Shown here piece by piece: positions 49,466-58,966 of a DNA stretch of 64,000 nt. The position numbers and the translations under genes are program-made. The number at the start of each line of letters is the position of its first letter. Positions within the stretch are counted from its first letter, which is position 1. The DNA is from a virus, in the IMG/VR virus record IMGVR_UViG_3300033273_000658, positions 1 through 64,000 of that record; one strand, given 5' to 3'. The notes beneath the pieces are model-generated. The model was not told the origin of the DNA. It made no database searches and was given only the letters and a program-made list of their open reading frames with translations.

Positions 49466-49571
49466 ATAAAAGTAATTGAGAAGTGAAACTCCAAAACATT
49501 CACAAAGAGGTTAAGACTTGATCCGGTTTAAAAAGTCAAAAAACTAGACATTTCAATTTATAGGAGGAAAC

Positions 49572-49820
49572 ATGTCAAATTCTAACGTAACAATCTTTAA
49601 CGGTACTTTCCAAAAGCAAAATGGTGATCGCCGTACAATGCGATTCATTCGTCGCCAAGATCTTCCAAGCTCTATGGTTAATGAAGGCACAATTCGTACT
49701 ATGGAACAAAAGACTGGCTCTGAAGTCGTTTATGATGTTGATGCTCGTGCATTCCGTCAATTCAACTGGAAAACTGTTGAAGGTGATGTAACACGAACCA
49801 ATACAACCTTTAACTTCTAA
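49572..49820 (+). CDS. Small SH3/WYL-like beta-barrel protein (DUF2693-like)
   Basis: F.K.NG..R.M...VYDVD...FRQF; AGGAGG RBS. Confidence 0.55.
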   Translation: MSNSNVTIFNGTFQKQNGDRRTMRFIRRQDLPSSMVNEGTIRTMEQKTGSEVVYDVDARAFRQFNWKTVEGDVTRTNTTFNF

Positions 49821-49973
49821 GATCTCCTGTCTTGGATAAAGCAACGGTTTTTGAGTTAGGGTTTTCCGTTTAAAAAAACCCTTTCGTTTGGACAACTATT
49901 TCCTGGGCTGAAGGATTAGTTGGCGGTTTTTCGGGTTGCTTTTCCGTTGTTGAAAAAAACTTCCCCTGTTTTC

Positions 49974-50002
49974 TTGACAGTATCAAGATAAAATGTTATT
50001 AT
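49974..50002 (+). promoter_or_regulatory. sigma70-type promoter for the SSB gene
   Basis: TTGACA(49974)-17 nt-TATTAT(49997) with TG. Confidence 0.75.
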
Positions 50003-50082
50003 AAAATGGGAGCAAGATTAAAACTCTGCTTACCTTAGTCTGAGAAGACAATAAACATCGCCTAACTAATGGAGAAACTAAC

Positions 50083-50835
50083 ATGGCACTTAATATTGAA
50101 CTAATGAAACAAAAACTTGCAAACTCACAAAACAAGAATGCAGGAAAAACAAATGATACTAAATGGCGACCATCAGAAGGAGACCAAACAATTCGAATCC
50201 TTCCAACCAAAGATGGAGACCCGTTCAAGGAATTCCACTTCCACTACAATGTAGGAAAGAATCCTGGTATCCTTTGTCCTAAAAAGAACTACGGCGAGCA
50301 CTGCCCTATTTGCGACTTTGCCTCCAATCTCTGGCGAGATGGTGTGGATAACAATGACGATCAAACTAAAAATGCTGCAAAGAAGTTATTCGCTCGTAAG
50401 CGTTACTACTCTCCAATCCTTGTCCGTGGTCAAGAGACCTCTGGTGTAAAGGTATGGGCTTACGGTAAGACTGCGTATGAGACACTTCTTGGTTATGTAT
50501 TGGATCCTGATTATGGAGACATTACCTCTGCCGAAACCGGAACTGACATCGTTCTTTCGTACACAGTTCCTGGCACACCCGGTTCTTTCCCAAAGACCCA
50601 ACTTAAACCTCGTCGCCGTCCCTCCGTACTATGTGATGAGGCAATCGCTGACTGTGATGCTCTTCTAGATAGTGTGCCCGACATCGAAGCACAATTTACA
50701 AGACTGTCATCTGAAGATATACAAGCTCTGTTGGACGACTATCTGTCTACGGATTCCTCCTCCGAAATGTCCTCCTCAGAAACTGCTAAGTACGGCAGTT
50801 CCGTAGATAAAAAGATTAGCGACTTTCTAAGTTAG
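50083..50835 (+). CDS. Single-stranded DNA-binding protein (T4 gp32-like)
   Basis: IRILP, PF, H, CP...CPIC, KVW.YGK, D...G.D, acidic tail. Confidence 0.85.
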   Translation: MALNIELMKQKLANSQNKNAGKTNDTKWRPSEGDQTIRILPTKDGDPFKEFHFHYNVGKNPGILCPKKNYGEHCPICDFASNLWRDGVDNNDDQTKNAAKKLFARKRYYSPILVRGQETSGVKVWAYGKTAYETLLGYVLDPDYGDITSAETGTDIVLSYTVPGTPGSFPKTQLKPRRRPSVLCDEAIADCDALLDSVPDIEAQFTRLSSEDIQALLDDYLSTDSSSEMSSSETAKYGSSVDKKISDFLS

Positions 50836-50848
50836 TGATTGTTCGCCT

Positions 50849-50883
50849 TGCCCCTTGGCGTTGTAAATAAAGGGGTATTTTTT
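50849..50883 (+). terminator. Possible terminator after SSB
   Basis: TGCCCCTT...AAGGGGTA followed by a T-run. Confidence 0.5.
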
Positions 50884-50910
50884 ATGACATTTAAACAACA
50901 GGAGGAAATA

Positions 50911-52065
50911 ATGTCCAATATTGATTTAACTGAATTCTCAAGACTTGAGAGTAGACTGAGCAACGCTCCATTTTCTGTCCACAAAGAGTTTATGAAAATT
51001 CTACGTGATGTATTGAAAGAAGGAAAAAATTCTTCTTTTCTTCAGAATGTAGATGGAACAACAGTTGATTGTAATTCTCACAACTCACAATGCAGAGCAA
51101 TCAACATTGACCCTAAGAACCTAGCAGAAATAAAAAATGATGCTGCAGCGAGAGGGATAGAAAACCCTATTTTCATTTATCAACTTCCATCAAACTCAAA
51201 GTACAAATTTGGATTGATCAATGGCAGACACAGAAACGAAGCTGGAACCAGTCTGCAAATAAATATACCGGCAGTCGTTATCTCTTATTCTGTTTTCACC
51301 AAGATAATTCCGATCATGTCAGAAATCCAAGCGATTTTAAATGACAACAAACCTTCAAAATCTAATAATGAAAATGATCTCAAAAAACACATTAGAACAA
51401 TTGTTGAAAGAGATGGCATAAATTTGGAGAACGATCTTCAATACGAAAGACTCTTAAGAAGGCTAGAATTTTGCCACAAAGGAATCAGTCGTAATGCCAT
51501 TAAGAATAATCTAACCCGGATTAAGAAGGCTATAAAGCAAGAACGATCTGATGTATTTTGTGCAAAAGGAGAAACTTTTAAGAAGTTGTACTCACAAAAC
51601 AACATTGTCACTCTGAATGAAGAGACAAAAGTTGTTTCAACAAGAGGCTCTTCTCTTGATCAAGAATGGCCAAGATCTGTAAGGCTAAAAGCAGAACATC
51701 CTAGAAGAAAACTTACATGGATTTATTCTGATAATAATAACAATGGAGATTCTCAATCCGTAATAGACTGTAGAAAATCCTTCTTCGAAAGACTGCACAA
51801 AACCGTTAAGTGCTTTAGCACGATCTACGGTAAAAACGTATTGCCTTTCGATACCTTGGTCATTGCTCCTCAGATAAAGAGTGAATTCACGTTCTTCTTT
51901 AATGATGAGGAAGTAACTTCGAAAGCTGAAGTTGTGAATGATCAAAAATGTTGGAAAAGAATAACTGCCCAACAAATTTTGCAAGCTTTCGAAGCAAAAA
52001 AATCTTATCGTGAAGAGTTTATCTTTACAAAAAAGATTTCTAAGAAAGATAAGAAAGTTAGCTAA
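50911..52065 (+). CDS. ParB/Srx-like N-terminal domain protein
   Basis: GIENPI...LINGRHR..A; AGGAGG before ATG 50911. Confidence 0.55.
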   Translation: MSNIDLTEFSRLESRLSNAPFSVHKEFMKILRDVLKEGKNSSFLQNVDGTTVDCNSHNSQCRAINIDPKNLAEIKNDAAARGIENPIFIYQLPSNSKYKFGLINGRHRNEAGTSLQINIPAVVISYSVFTKIIPIMSEIQAILNDNKPSKSNNENDLKKHIRTIVERDGINLENDLQYERLLRRLEFCHKGISRNAIKNNLTRIKKAIKQERSDVFCAKGETFKKLYSQNNIVTLNEETKVVSTRGSSLDQEWPRSVRLKAEHPRRKLTWIYSDNNNNGDSQSVIDCRKSFFERLHKTVKCFSTIYGKNVLPFDTLVIAPQIKSEFTFFFNDEEVTSKAEVVNDQKCWKRITAQQILQAFEAKKSYREEFIFTKKISKKDKKVS

Positions 52066-52118
52066 AATTAAAGCCATGGAGCAGGGCTTAAACTGCTCCA
52101 ACTTACAATGGAGAAACA

Positions 52119-53219
52119 ATGACTAAAGCAGGTAAAATTGACCTAAAAGCGATGCAAAAACTTGTTAACAAAAAGACCGGCTTAAACGTTGCTCACAACC
52201 TAAACGAAAATAATCCCACTATTGTGAAAGAGTGGATTCCGACAGGGTCTCGCTGGCTTGATTCTATTACATGTAGAGGAAGACTTGGTGGTATTCCAGT
52301 AGGAAAGATAACAGAGATTGCCGGACTATCTGGTGCCGGTAAATCATTCATGGCTGCTCAAATTGCTGCTAATGCTCAGAAGATGGGAAAGTTTCCTGTA
52401 TACTTTGATGCTGAATCTGCAATTGACCCAGAATTCTTGGAGAATGCCGGAATTGATACTCAAAACCTAATGTATGTTCAGGCAATCTCTGTTGAAAAAG
52501 TATTAGAAACAATTGAGACTCTTATCGATCAATACGAAGACACACAATTCTTGTTTATCTGGGACTCAATTGCTGCAACAAGTTCTGAAAAAGAACTTGA
52601 ATCAGATTTTAATCCTCAATCAACAATGTCCGTTAAGCCAAGAATCTTTGGCAAGGCATTTCCCAAACTAACTATTCCCTTGGCTAATGGACAACACACT
52701 TTGCTTCTGATAAACCAGTTGAAAACCAACATCAATACTCAGAACCCAATGGCTGCACTTATTGAGCCTTACATTGCTCCCGGTGGCAAAGCTATTGAAT
52801 ACTTCTGTTCTATGCGTATTTGGCTTACAAAGCGTAAATCAAAGGCAGCATACTTGCAAGATGATACTGGTCTTCGTATTGGTTCGGAAGTAAAGTGTAA
52901 ACTTCAGAAGTCTCGTTTCGGGACTGAAGGAAGAGAGTGCACATTCAAAATTCTATGGTCTGGTGGCGCTGCTATTCAAGATGAAGAGTCTTGGCTGTTA
53001 GCACTCAAATCCTCTGGAACCAAACGCTTGAAGTTATCAGGTGCATGGTATACTCTTGTTGATAAAGATGGAAAAGAAATGAAATTCCAAGGAAAACAAT
53101 GGAAGGCAAAGCTTCAAGATCCACATTTTAGACAAACAGTTCTAGATATTATGGATGAAGAGATTGTTAAGAAATTTGATTCCGAAGGTAAAAATTTTGG
53201 TGTGAGTGAAGACGACTAG
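52119..53219 (+). CDS. uvsX: RecA/UvsX recombinase
   Basis: PTGS..LD, GKITEIAGLSGAGKS, DAE, WDSIAA, INQL, PGGKA, GAWY. Confidence 0.92.
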   Translation: MTKAGKIDLKAMQKLVNKKTGLNVAHNLNENNPTIVKEWIPTGSRWLDSITCRGRLGGIPVGKITEIAGLSGAGKSFMAAQIAANAQKMGKFPVYFDAESAIDPEFLENAGIDTQNLMYVQAISVEKVLETIETLIDQYEDTQFLFIWDSIAATSSEKELESDFNPQSTMSVKPRIFGKAFPKLTIPLANGQHTLLLINQLKTNINTQNPMAALIEPYIAPGGKAIEYFCSMRIWLTKRKSKAAYLQDDTGLRIGSEVKCKLQKSRFGTEGRECTFKILWSGGAAIQDEESWLLALKSSGTKRLKLSGAWYTLVDKDGKEMKFQGKQWKAKLQDPHFRQTVLDIMDEEIVKKFDSEGKNFGVSEDD

Positions 53220-53242
53220 TTTTGTTTTCATGTTTTTCTCCT

Positions 53243-53278
53243 GGCGGTGGGTTGTGGTTGGCTCACCGCCTTTTTTTT
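53243..53278 (+). terminator. Terminator
   Basis: GGCGGTGGGT/GCTCACCGCC stem followed by T8. Confidence 0.8.
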
Positions 53279-53289
53279 ATTGTTTTTAC

Positions 53290-53318
53290 TTGACAAATTG
53301 AGATCAATATGATATAAT
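53290..53318 (+). promoter_or_regulatory. sigma70-type promoter
   Basis: TTGACA(53290)-17 nt-TATAAT(53313). Confidence 0.85.
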
Positions 53319-53337
53319 ATAAAAGGAGGAAGGAAAA

Positions 53338-53490
53338 ATGAATGATAAACTTTGGCTATTAGTTGATAGTGTTCACAAAAAACTATTGAGAGCGAGACTT
53401 TGGGCAACTTCGCTTGATGATTACAAACAAGACATTGAAGATGCGATAAAAGCATTGGAAGAGGCAAAAAGAAAGATGGAGGAAAAATGA
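53338..53490 (+). CDS. 50-aa hypothetical protein
   Basis: AGGAGG RBS; MNDKLWLLVDSVHKKLLRARLWATSLDDYKQDIEDAIKALEEAKRKMEEK; overlaps the next start; not in the ORF track. Confidence 0.6.
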   Translation: MNDKLWLLVDSVHKKLLRARLWATSLDDYKQDIEDAIKALEEAKRKMEEK

Positions 53491-53996
53491 GCGAGTGCCC
53501 TTATAAAAAAGATCTTAGTAGGTTTTTAGAGTTGGTTGTAAAACCAATGAAAGAGTTTAATGGATTTCCACCATGTCCATTTGCCGCTAAAGAATTGAAT
53601 CAAGATAAATTAATGATAGATGTTATAAACCCAGAAGAAACTGACATAATTAAAATGATAAAGAAATTAGAAGAATCAAATTATGACAGTGCTCTTCTTA
53701 TACAGAAAACAGAAAATCAGATTTCTGGAGCTGAGACAGGCAGTTATCAAAAGTTTTTGAATAAAATTCTAAAAGAATTCGGATACGAAAATTATAGGTG
53801 TATCTGTATGAATCCCAACGATCCCTTTGAATCAGATGGATACAACATAAGAAGTGAATCGCCGTACTTTTTGATAAACGTTGTAAAGAAAAATTTTTTA
53901 TTTGATGCTAATCGAAAAATGAAGAATACAAAGTACTATGACAAAATGAATGAAGAGTATTTAAATTATTTAAATGTAAAGAGGAGGAAAAAATGA
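53487..53996 (+). CDS. Hypothetical protein (DUF1415-like CPFA motif)
   Basis: PPCPFA; SPY.LI. Confidence 0.55.
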   Translation: MSECPYKKDLSRFLELVVKPMKEFNGFPPCPFAAKELNQDKLMIDVINPEETDIIKMIKKLEESNYDSALLIQKTENQISGAETGSYQKFLNKILKEFGYENYRCICMNPNDPFESDGYNIRSESPYFLINVVKKNFLFDANRKMKNTKYYDKMNEEYLNYLNVKRRKK

Positions 53997-54331
53997 GAGC
54001 ATTATTTGCAATTATATTATTTACAGCAGCCCAGATTTTAGCTTGGTTTCAATCAAACTCTGGTATTATCGGAGAACCATTTAAATCAAATTATGTTTTA
54101 ATAGCTTTGATTTTTGGACCTATTGTATCCCTATTGTTTGCTCACGCAACAATAATGCTTTATGAGTCTATGCCTTTGTGGTCCATCAGGTTTGTAACAT
54201 TTGCGATAGGTTATTTAATTTTCATACCATTGACTTGGTATTTCTTGGGAGAAGAGGTGTTTACCCTTAAGAACATTTTATCGTTCTTGTTGTGTTGTGC
54301 TTTGATCTCAATACAGTTTTTCATGAAATAG
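53993..54331 (+). CDS. Small four-TM membrane protein (SMR/DMT-like)
   Basis: Four hydrophobic helices; FLGE motif. Confidence 0.55.
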   Translation: MRALFAIILFTAAQILAWFQSNSGIIGEPFKSNYVLIALIFGPIVSLLFAHATIMLYESMPLWSIRFVTFAIGYLIFIPLTWYFLGEEVFTLKNILSFLLCCALISIQFFMK

Positions 54332-54339
54332 GAGGAGAA

Positions 54340-55290
54340 ATGAAAAGGGTTATGATTATTGATGGTCTCAACATGTTTTTGAGGTCATACATCAACGTTC
54401 CGTCAATGGATAAGCACGGAGCACCGAACGGAGGAACATACGGCTTCATGAAGTCGCTCCAAAAAATTTGCGGGATGTTCAGTCCAGATCAGGTTATTAT
54501 CTGTTGGGATGGACAAGGAGGCTCGCAAAAGCGCAAGCAAATGAACAGTGACTACAAAGCAGGTAGAGCACCTGTTCGTTTCAATCGGAGACTTATTGAC
54601 TTGTCACCAGAAGAAGCAGACAAGAATAAATACAATCAACAGTACCGTTTGATGGAGTATCTTAACGATCTTCCCATCATTCAAACAATGATTGATTATA
54701 TCGAAGCAGACGATTGTATTTCTTACATTTGTCAACATAAGAAATACGAAGATTGGGAGAAGCTGATAGTCTCCTCAGATAAGGATTTTTTCCAGCTAAT
54801 TTCAAAGAAAACCAAGCTGTATCGTCCGATACAAGACAAGGTGGTAGATTACCCTACCTTGCTTGAAGAACACAAAATTCACCCCAAAAATTTCGCATTA
54901 GCGAGAAGTTTGGTTGGAGATAAATCGGACAATCTTCCGGGTGTTCCGAGAGTCGGTTTGAAGACAGTCGCTGGTAAATTTACATTTCTAAAAGAAGACA
55001 AACAGTATGAAGTTGAAGACATTATGCAGCATTGTGAATCTTTAGATAAAATGCTTAAGGTTCACGAAAACATTTTAGAACATTCTCATCTAGTTGAGAA
55101 GAACTTTGAAATAATGCAACTATATAGTCCACTCATTTCTAATCTACATAAAAAGCAAATAAATTTTTCTTTGGAAGAGTTTGAGCCTGAGATGAATAAA
55201 CTAGAAATCATGAAAAAGCTCGTAGCAGACGGCATTAATGCAGGAAACTTTAATGTTTTGTTTAATGCAATGAAAAAAATAACTTTATAA
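54340..55290 (+). CDS. 5'-3' exonuclease / flap endonuclease (Pol I N-domain, T4 RNase H-like)
   Basis: IIDGLN, WDG, YKAGR, EADD, SSDKDF.Q, GDKSDNLPGV..VG.KT; GGAGG before ATG 54340. Confidence 0.9.
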   Translation: MKRVMIIDGLNMFLRSYINVPSMDKHGAPNGGTYGFMKSLQKICGMFSPDQVIICWDGQGGSQKRKQMNSDYKAGRAPVRFNRRLIDLSPEEADKNKYNQQYRLMEYLNDLPIIQTMIDYIEADDCISYICQHKKYEDWEKLIVSSDKDFFQLISKKTKLYRPIQDKVVDYPTLLEEHKIHPKNFALARSLVGDKSDNLPGVPRVGLKTVAGKFTFLKEDKQYEVEDIMQHCESLDKMLKVHENILEHSHLVEKNFEIMQLYSPLISNLHKKQINFSLEEFEPEMNKLEIMKKLVADGINAGNFNVLFNAMKKITL

Positions 55291-55300
55291 AAATAAAAAC

Positions 55301-55328
55301 TTGACAGACTTTTAAATTATGTTATAAT
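55301..55328 (+). promoter_or_regulatory. sigma70-type promoter
   Basis: TTGACA(55301)-16 nt-TATAAT(55323) with TG. Confidence 0.75.
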
Positions 55329-55349
55329 ACTTATAACATCGGAGGAAAC

Positions 55350-56708
55350 ATGAATAACAAAACGGAAACGTTTCAAAGGTTTGGCAAAGCCTTTCAAGAA
55401 AAATTCTGCCACATTATGCTTTCGGACAGACCATTTTGCGATCAAGTTGCAGAGGTTTTGAACGTGGAGTTTTTGGATTATGAATACCTTCGTGTATTTA
55501 CCCAGATTCTCTTTGAGCATAGAACAAAGTATAAGGTACACCCTTCTTATGAGATCATGGAATCAAGAATCAGGACAGAATGTAACAAGTATACAAAAGC
55601 ACTCAAAGAACAGCTTTTGCAATTCTACGCATCCATTCTTGCCACTGACCGTATTGACAACTCACAGTACATTAAGGATAGTTCAATCGACTTCTGTCGC
55701 AAACAAGTGCTTAAGGGCGCTATGATGAAGTCAGTTAAACTTATTAAGTCATCGTCATTCGATGAAATCCAGTCTGTTATTGAGGAAGCCTTGAAGCTAG
55801 GAACCGACAACAACTTTGGTCATGACTTCATCAAAGACTTTGAGGAACGATATACAATTACATCGCGAGATCCTGTTTCCACAGGTTTTGAACGCATTGA
55901 TGAGATTTGTAAGGGCGGTCTTGGTAAGTCTGAGTTAGGAGTTGTTATTGCACCAACAGGTGCTGGAAAGTCAATGGTATTGGTTCACTTAGGTTCCGAA
56001 GCGCTAAAGCAAGGCAAGACTGTTGTACACTACACATTGGAGTTACAAGATACGGTTGTTGGTAATCGTTATGATTCTTGCATTTCGGGTGTACCTTTGG
56101 GAGATCTCTTTCATAACAAACAGCAGGTTCTTTACAAAATTAAAGACATTCCTGGTCAACTTATTATAAAAGAGTATCCCACAAAGTCTGCATCAACAGA
56201 GACTATCAAGCAACACATCGAACGTCTTAAAAAACGTGGTATTGAGCCTGATATGATCATTGTTGATTATGCTGATCTTCTGCGACCTGTTCGTTCAACT
56301 GCTGAGAAGCGCTTTGATCTTGAGAACACTTATGAAGAGCTGCGAGCAATTGCTCAAATCTATAAGTGCCCTGTTTGGACTGCTTCCCAGACAAACCGTT
56401 CCGGTCTCAATGCAGAAGTTATCACCATGGAAGCTATTTCAGAAGCATTCAATAAGTGTTTCGTTGCAGACTTTATTTGTTCTTTGTCTCGTACTGTTCA
56501 AGACAAGCAAGCTAATAAAGGCCGCATGTTTATTGCAAAGAACAGAAATGGTCCCGATGGCCTTATATTCCCAGCGTTTGTTGACTGGTCGAATGTAAAC
56601 ATGAAGGTTTTAAACCAAGAAAGTGGAGAGTCTATCGCTGATGTTATCAAAGACTCAGATAGAAATACTCTAGACTTTCTTAAAGAAAAATATAAAAAAC
56701 ATAAATGA
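55350..56708 (+). CDS. Replicative DnaB-like helicase (T4 gp41-like)
   Basis: APTGAGKS, TLE, IKEYPT, IVDYADL, TASQTNR, KNRNG. Confidence 0.92.
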   Translation: MNNKTETFQRFGKAFQEKFCHIMLSDRPFCDQVAEVLNVEFLDYEYLRVFTQILFEHRTKYKVHPSYEIMESRIRTECNKYTKALKEQLLQFYASILATDRIDNSQYIKDSSIDFCRKQVLKGAMMKSVKLIKSSSFDEIQSVIEEALKLGTDNNFGHDFIKDFEERYTITSRDPVSTGFERIDEICKGGLGKSELGVVIAPTGAGKSMVLVHLGSEALKQGKTVVHYTLELQDTVVGNRYDSCISGVPLGDLFHNKQQVLYKIKDIPGQLIIKEYPTKSASTETIKQHIERLKKRGIEPDMIIVDYADLLRPVRSTAEKRFDLENTYEELRAIAQIYKCPVWTASQTNRSGLNAEVITMEAISEAFNKCFVADFICSLSRTVQDKQANKGRMFIAKNRNGPDGLIFPAFVDWSNVNMKVLNQESGESIADVIKDSDRNTLDFLKEKYKKHK

Positions 56709-56717
56709 GGATTTAAA

Positions 56718-58691
56718 ATGTTAAAATTAAAAGATGTAAATGTAAGAAAGTTTCGACTTTCTGAGCAGTTTATTGCTCAATATAAAGAAGCCGAGGTTCC
56801 TTGGGGACCTGTCGGCTATGTTACGTTTAAGCGTACATATGCTCGTCGTTTGAGCGAGTTTGAAGAAGGTGCTGAAGGAACTGAAGAATGGTGGCAAACA
56901 TGTCGCCGTGTTATCGAAGGAATGTTTGATATTCAGAAACGTCACGCTTTCATGATCGGAATTGAATGGAATGATGCTAAAGCTCAGAAAACAGCTAAAG
57001 AAGCGTATGATCGCCTGTTCAATCTTAAGTGGACACCACCCGGTCGTGGTCTTTGGATGATGGGCACCAAGTTTATCATGGAGAGAACAGGCGCAGGTCT
57101 TTTCAACTGTGCTTTCCGCTCTACACGAGACATTGCTAATAAAGGTGGATATCTCTTTGCTTGGATGATGGATGCTCTCATGGTTGGCATCGGTGTCGGC
57201 TTTGATACACTTGGAGCTAAAACTTTTTCTGTAAAAGAACCACAGTGGACAAATGATACACTACTTATTGAGGATTCTCGTGAAGGTTGGGTTAATAGTG
57301 TTCATATCCTATTGGATGGTTACATACTTGGTAAAAAAGTTCCCAACTTTGATTACTCCGCTATTCGTGGAAAAGGTGAACCAATCCGTGGTTTTGGTGG
57401 AACATCTTCCGGTCCTGATCCACTCATTGAATTGCACAATAATTTGAGAGAACTTCTCGGTCCAAAAGTAGGAGAGTTAATTGAGTCTGTTGATATTGTT
57501 GACATTGAGAACCTTATTGGTCGTTGTGTCGTTGCTGGTAATGTACGCCGTTCTGCTGCACTTGCAATCGGTGGGTATGATGATAAAGATTATCTTACGA
57601 TGAAGAATGATCAAGAGAAGCTTTATCACCATCGTTGGGGATCTAACAACTCCTTTGAAGCAAAGGTTGGTATGGACTACACTTGGCATGCTGCTCAATC
57701 TGCAATCAATGGAGAACCTGGTTATATTTGGTTGGATAATGCCCGTAATTACGGACGTATGAAGGACGGAAAGCGTTCTGATGACCTTAAGGTGATGGGG
57801 TTCAACCCTTGCGTGGAACAACAGCTTGAAGACGCAGAACTTTGTTGTTTGGTGGAAACATTCCCTGCCAAGCACGATACATACGAAGACTATGTCAAGA
57901 CTCTTGAAATTGCTTATATGTATGGAAAGACTGTAACTCTTATCAACACTCATTGGCCTGAGACAAATGCTATCATGCTAAAGAATCGCCGTATTGGTCT
58001 TTCTCAATCTGGTGTTATCCAAGCGTTCAACAAGTTTGGAAGACGCACAATGATTAACTGGTGTGATGATGCTTATAAGCATGTTGAAGAACTTGATACA
58101 AAATACTCAGACTGGCTCTGTGTTCCACGCTCTGTCCGTATGACTTCTATCAAGCCATCAGGCACAGTGTCTCTTCTTAACGGTTCAACACCGGGTATTC
58201 ACTATCCAGAGGATGAGTACTACATCCGCCGTATACGTTTTGCTGAGACCTCTGACATTCTTCCAACACTTGAAAAAGCTGGTTATAAGATTGAAAAAGA
58301 TTCTTACTCTCCAAACACTATGTGTGTTGAGTTTCCTGTTCATGAGCCGTTCTTTAAGAAAGGAAAGCGAGAGATTACAATGTGGGAGCAACTTGAGATT
58401 GCTGCGCAGTATCAATATTATTGGGCTGACAACTCTGTTTCTATCACCGTGACTTTCCAAGAGCACGAAGCAGAAGAGATCAAGGATGCACTTGAAATGT
58501 ATGAAGCGAGACTAAAAGCTGTTTCGTTCCTTAAATATCAAGAGACCGGATACAAACAAGCACCTTATGAGCCAATCACTAAAGAAGAATATGAGAAGAT
58601 GATTGTAGGCATCACTCCTGTTCAAAAGATTGAGACATCCGAAAGTGGTGTAGGATCCAAGTTCTGTTCAAACGACACATGCGAATTATAG
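56718..58691 (+). CDS. nrdJ: Class II (B12-dependent) ribonucleotide reductase, monomeric type
   Basis: RTY.R, PPGRGLW, NC, GNVRRSA, NPCVE, IKPSGTVS, C-terminal C....C. Confidence 0.92.
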   Translation: MLKLKDVNVRKFRLSEQFIAQYKEAEVPWGPVGYVTFKRTYARRLSEFEEGAEGTEEWWQTCRRVIEGMFDIQKRHAFMIGIEWNDAKAQKTAKEAYDRLFNLKWTPPGRGLWMMGTKFIMERTGAGLFNCAFRSTRDIANKGGYLFAWMMDALMVGIGVGFDTLGAKTFSVKEPQWTNDTLLIEDSREGWVNSVHILLDGYILGKKVPNFDYSAIRGKGEPIRGFGGTSSGPDPLIELHNNLRELLGPKVGELIESVDIVDIENLIGRCVVAGNVRRSAALAIGGYDDKDYLTMKNDQEKLYHHRWGSNNSFEAKVGMDYTWHAAQSAINGEPGYIWLDNARNYGRMKDGKRSDDLKVMGFNPCVEQQLEDAELCCLVETFPAKHDTYEDYVKTLEIAYMYGKTVTLINTHWPETNAIMLKNRRIGLSQSGVIQAFNKFGRRTMINWCDDAYKHVEELDTKYSDWLCVPRSVRMTSIKPSGTVSLLNGSTPGIHYPEDEYYIRRIRFAETSDILPTLEKAGYKIEKDSYSPNTMCVEFPVHEPFFKKGKREITMWEQLEIAAQYQYYWADNSVSITVTFQEHEAEEIKDALEMYEARLKAVSFLKYQETGYKQAPYEPITKEEYEKMIVGITPVQKIETSESGVGSKFCSNDTCEL

Positions 58692-58699
58692 GAGGCAAA

Positions 58700-58966
58700 A
58701 TGAAACCATTTAACAGACACATACTTATCAAACTAGTTGAGAAGAAACAAGAAAAGAAAGAATCCTTGATTGTTCTTCCAACTGATTATAAAAAACCAGA
58801 GTCGCCACATCAACTTGGTGTGGTGTTGGAGACGGCAGAGGATTGTTCCCTGCCGGTCTCTGCAGGAGATACCGTTGTTTTTGAGAAAAGAATGATAAAT
58901 AAGATACAAATAGATGAAGAAACCTACTATTTAGTGTTAGAAAATTACATTTATGGGAGAATTTAA
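58700..58966 (+). CDS. groES: GroES-like co-chaperonin
   Basis: MKPFNRHILI, IVLP, GDTVVF, Y.V.E..I.G; GGAGG before ATG 58700. Confidence 0.75.
   Translation: MKPFNRHILIKLVEKKQEKKESLIVLPTDYKKPESPHQLGVVLETAEDCSLPVSAGDTVVFEKRMINKIQIDEETYYLVLENYIYGRI

Noticed and set aside
49505-49550. preQ1-I riboswitch-like look (short stem plus AAAAAACTAG tail)
   Set aside because: Loop nucleotides do not clearly match the ligand-binding consensus and no queuosine genes are adjacent; kept only as a generic pseudoknot candidate.
8874-58691. Inteins or introns in terminase, RecA, helicase or NrdJ
   Set aside because: Lengths are ordinary, motifs are contiguous, and no intein or homing-endonuclease signatures were seen.
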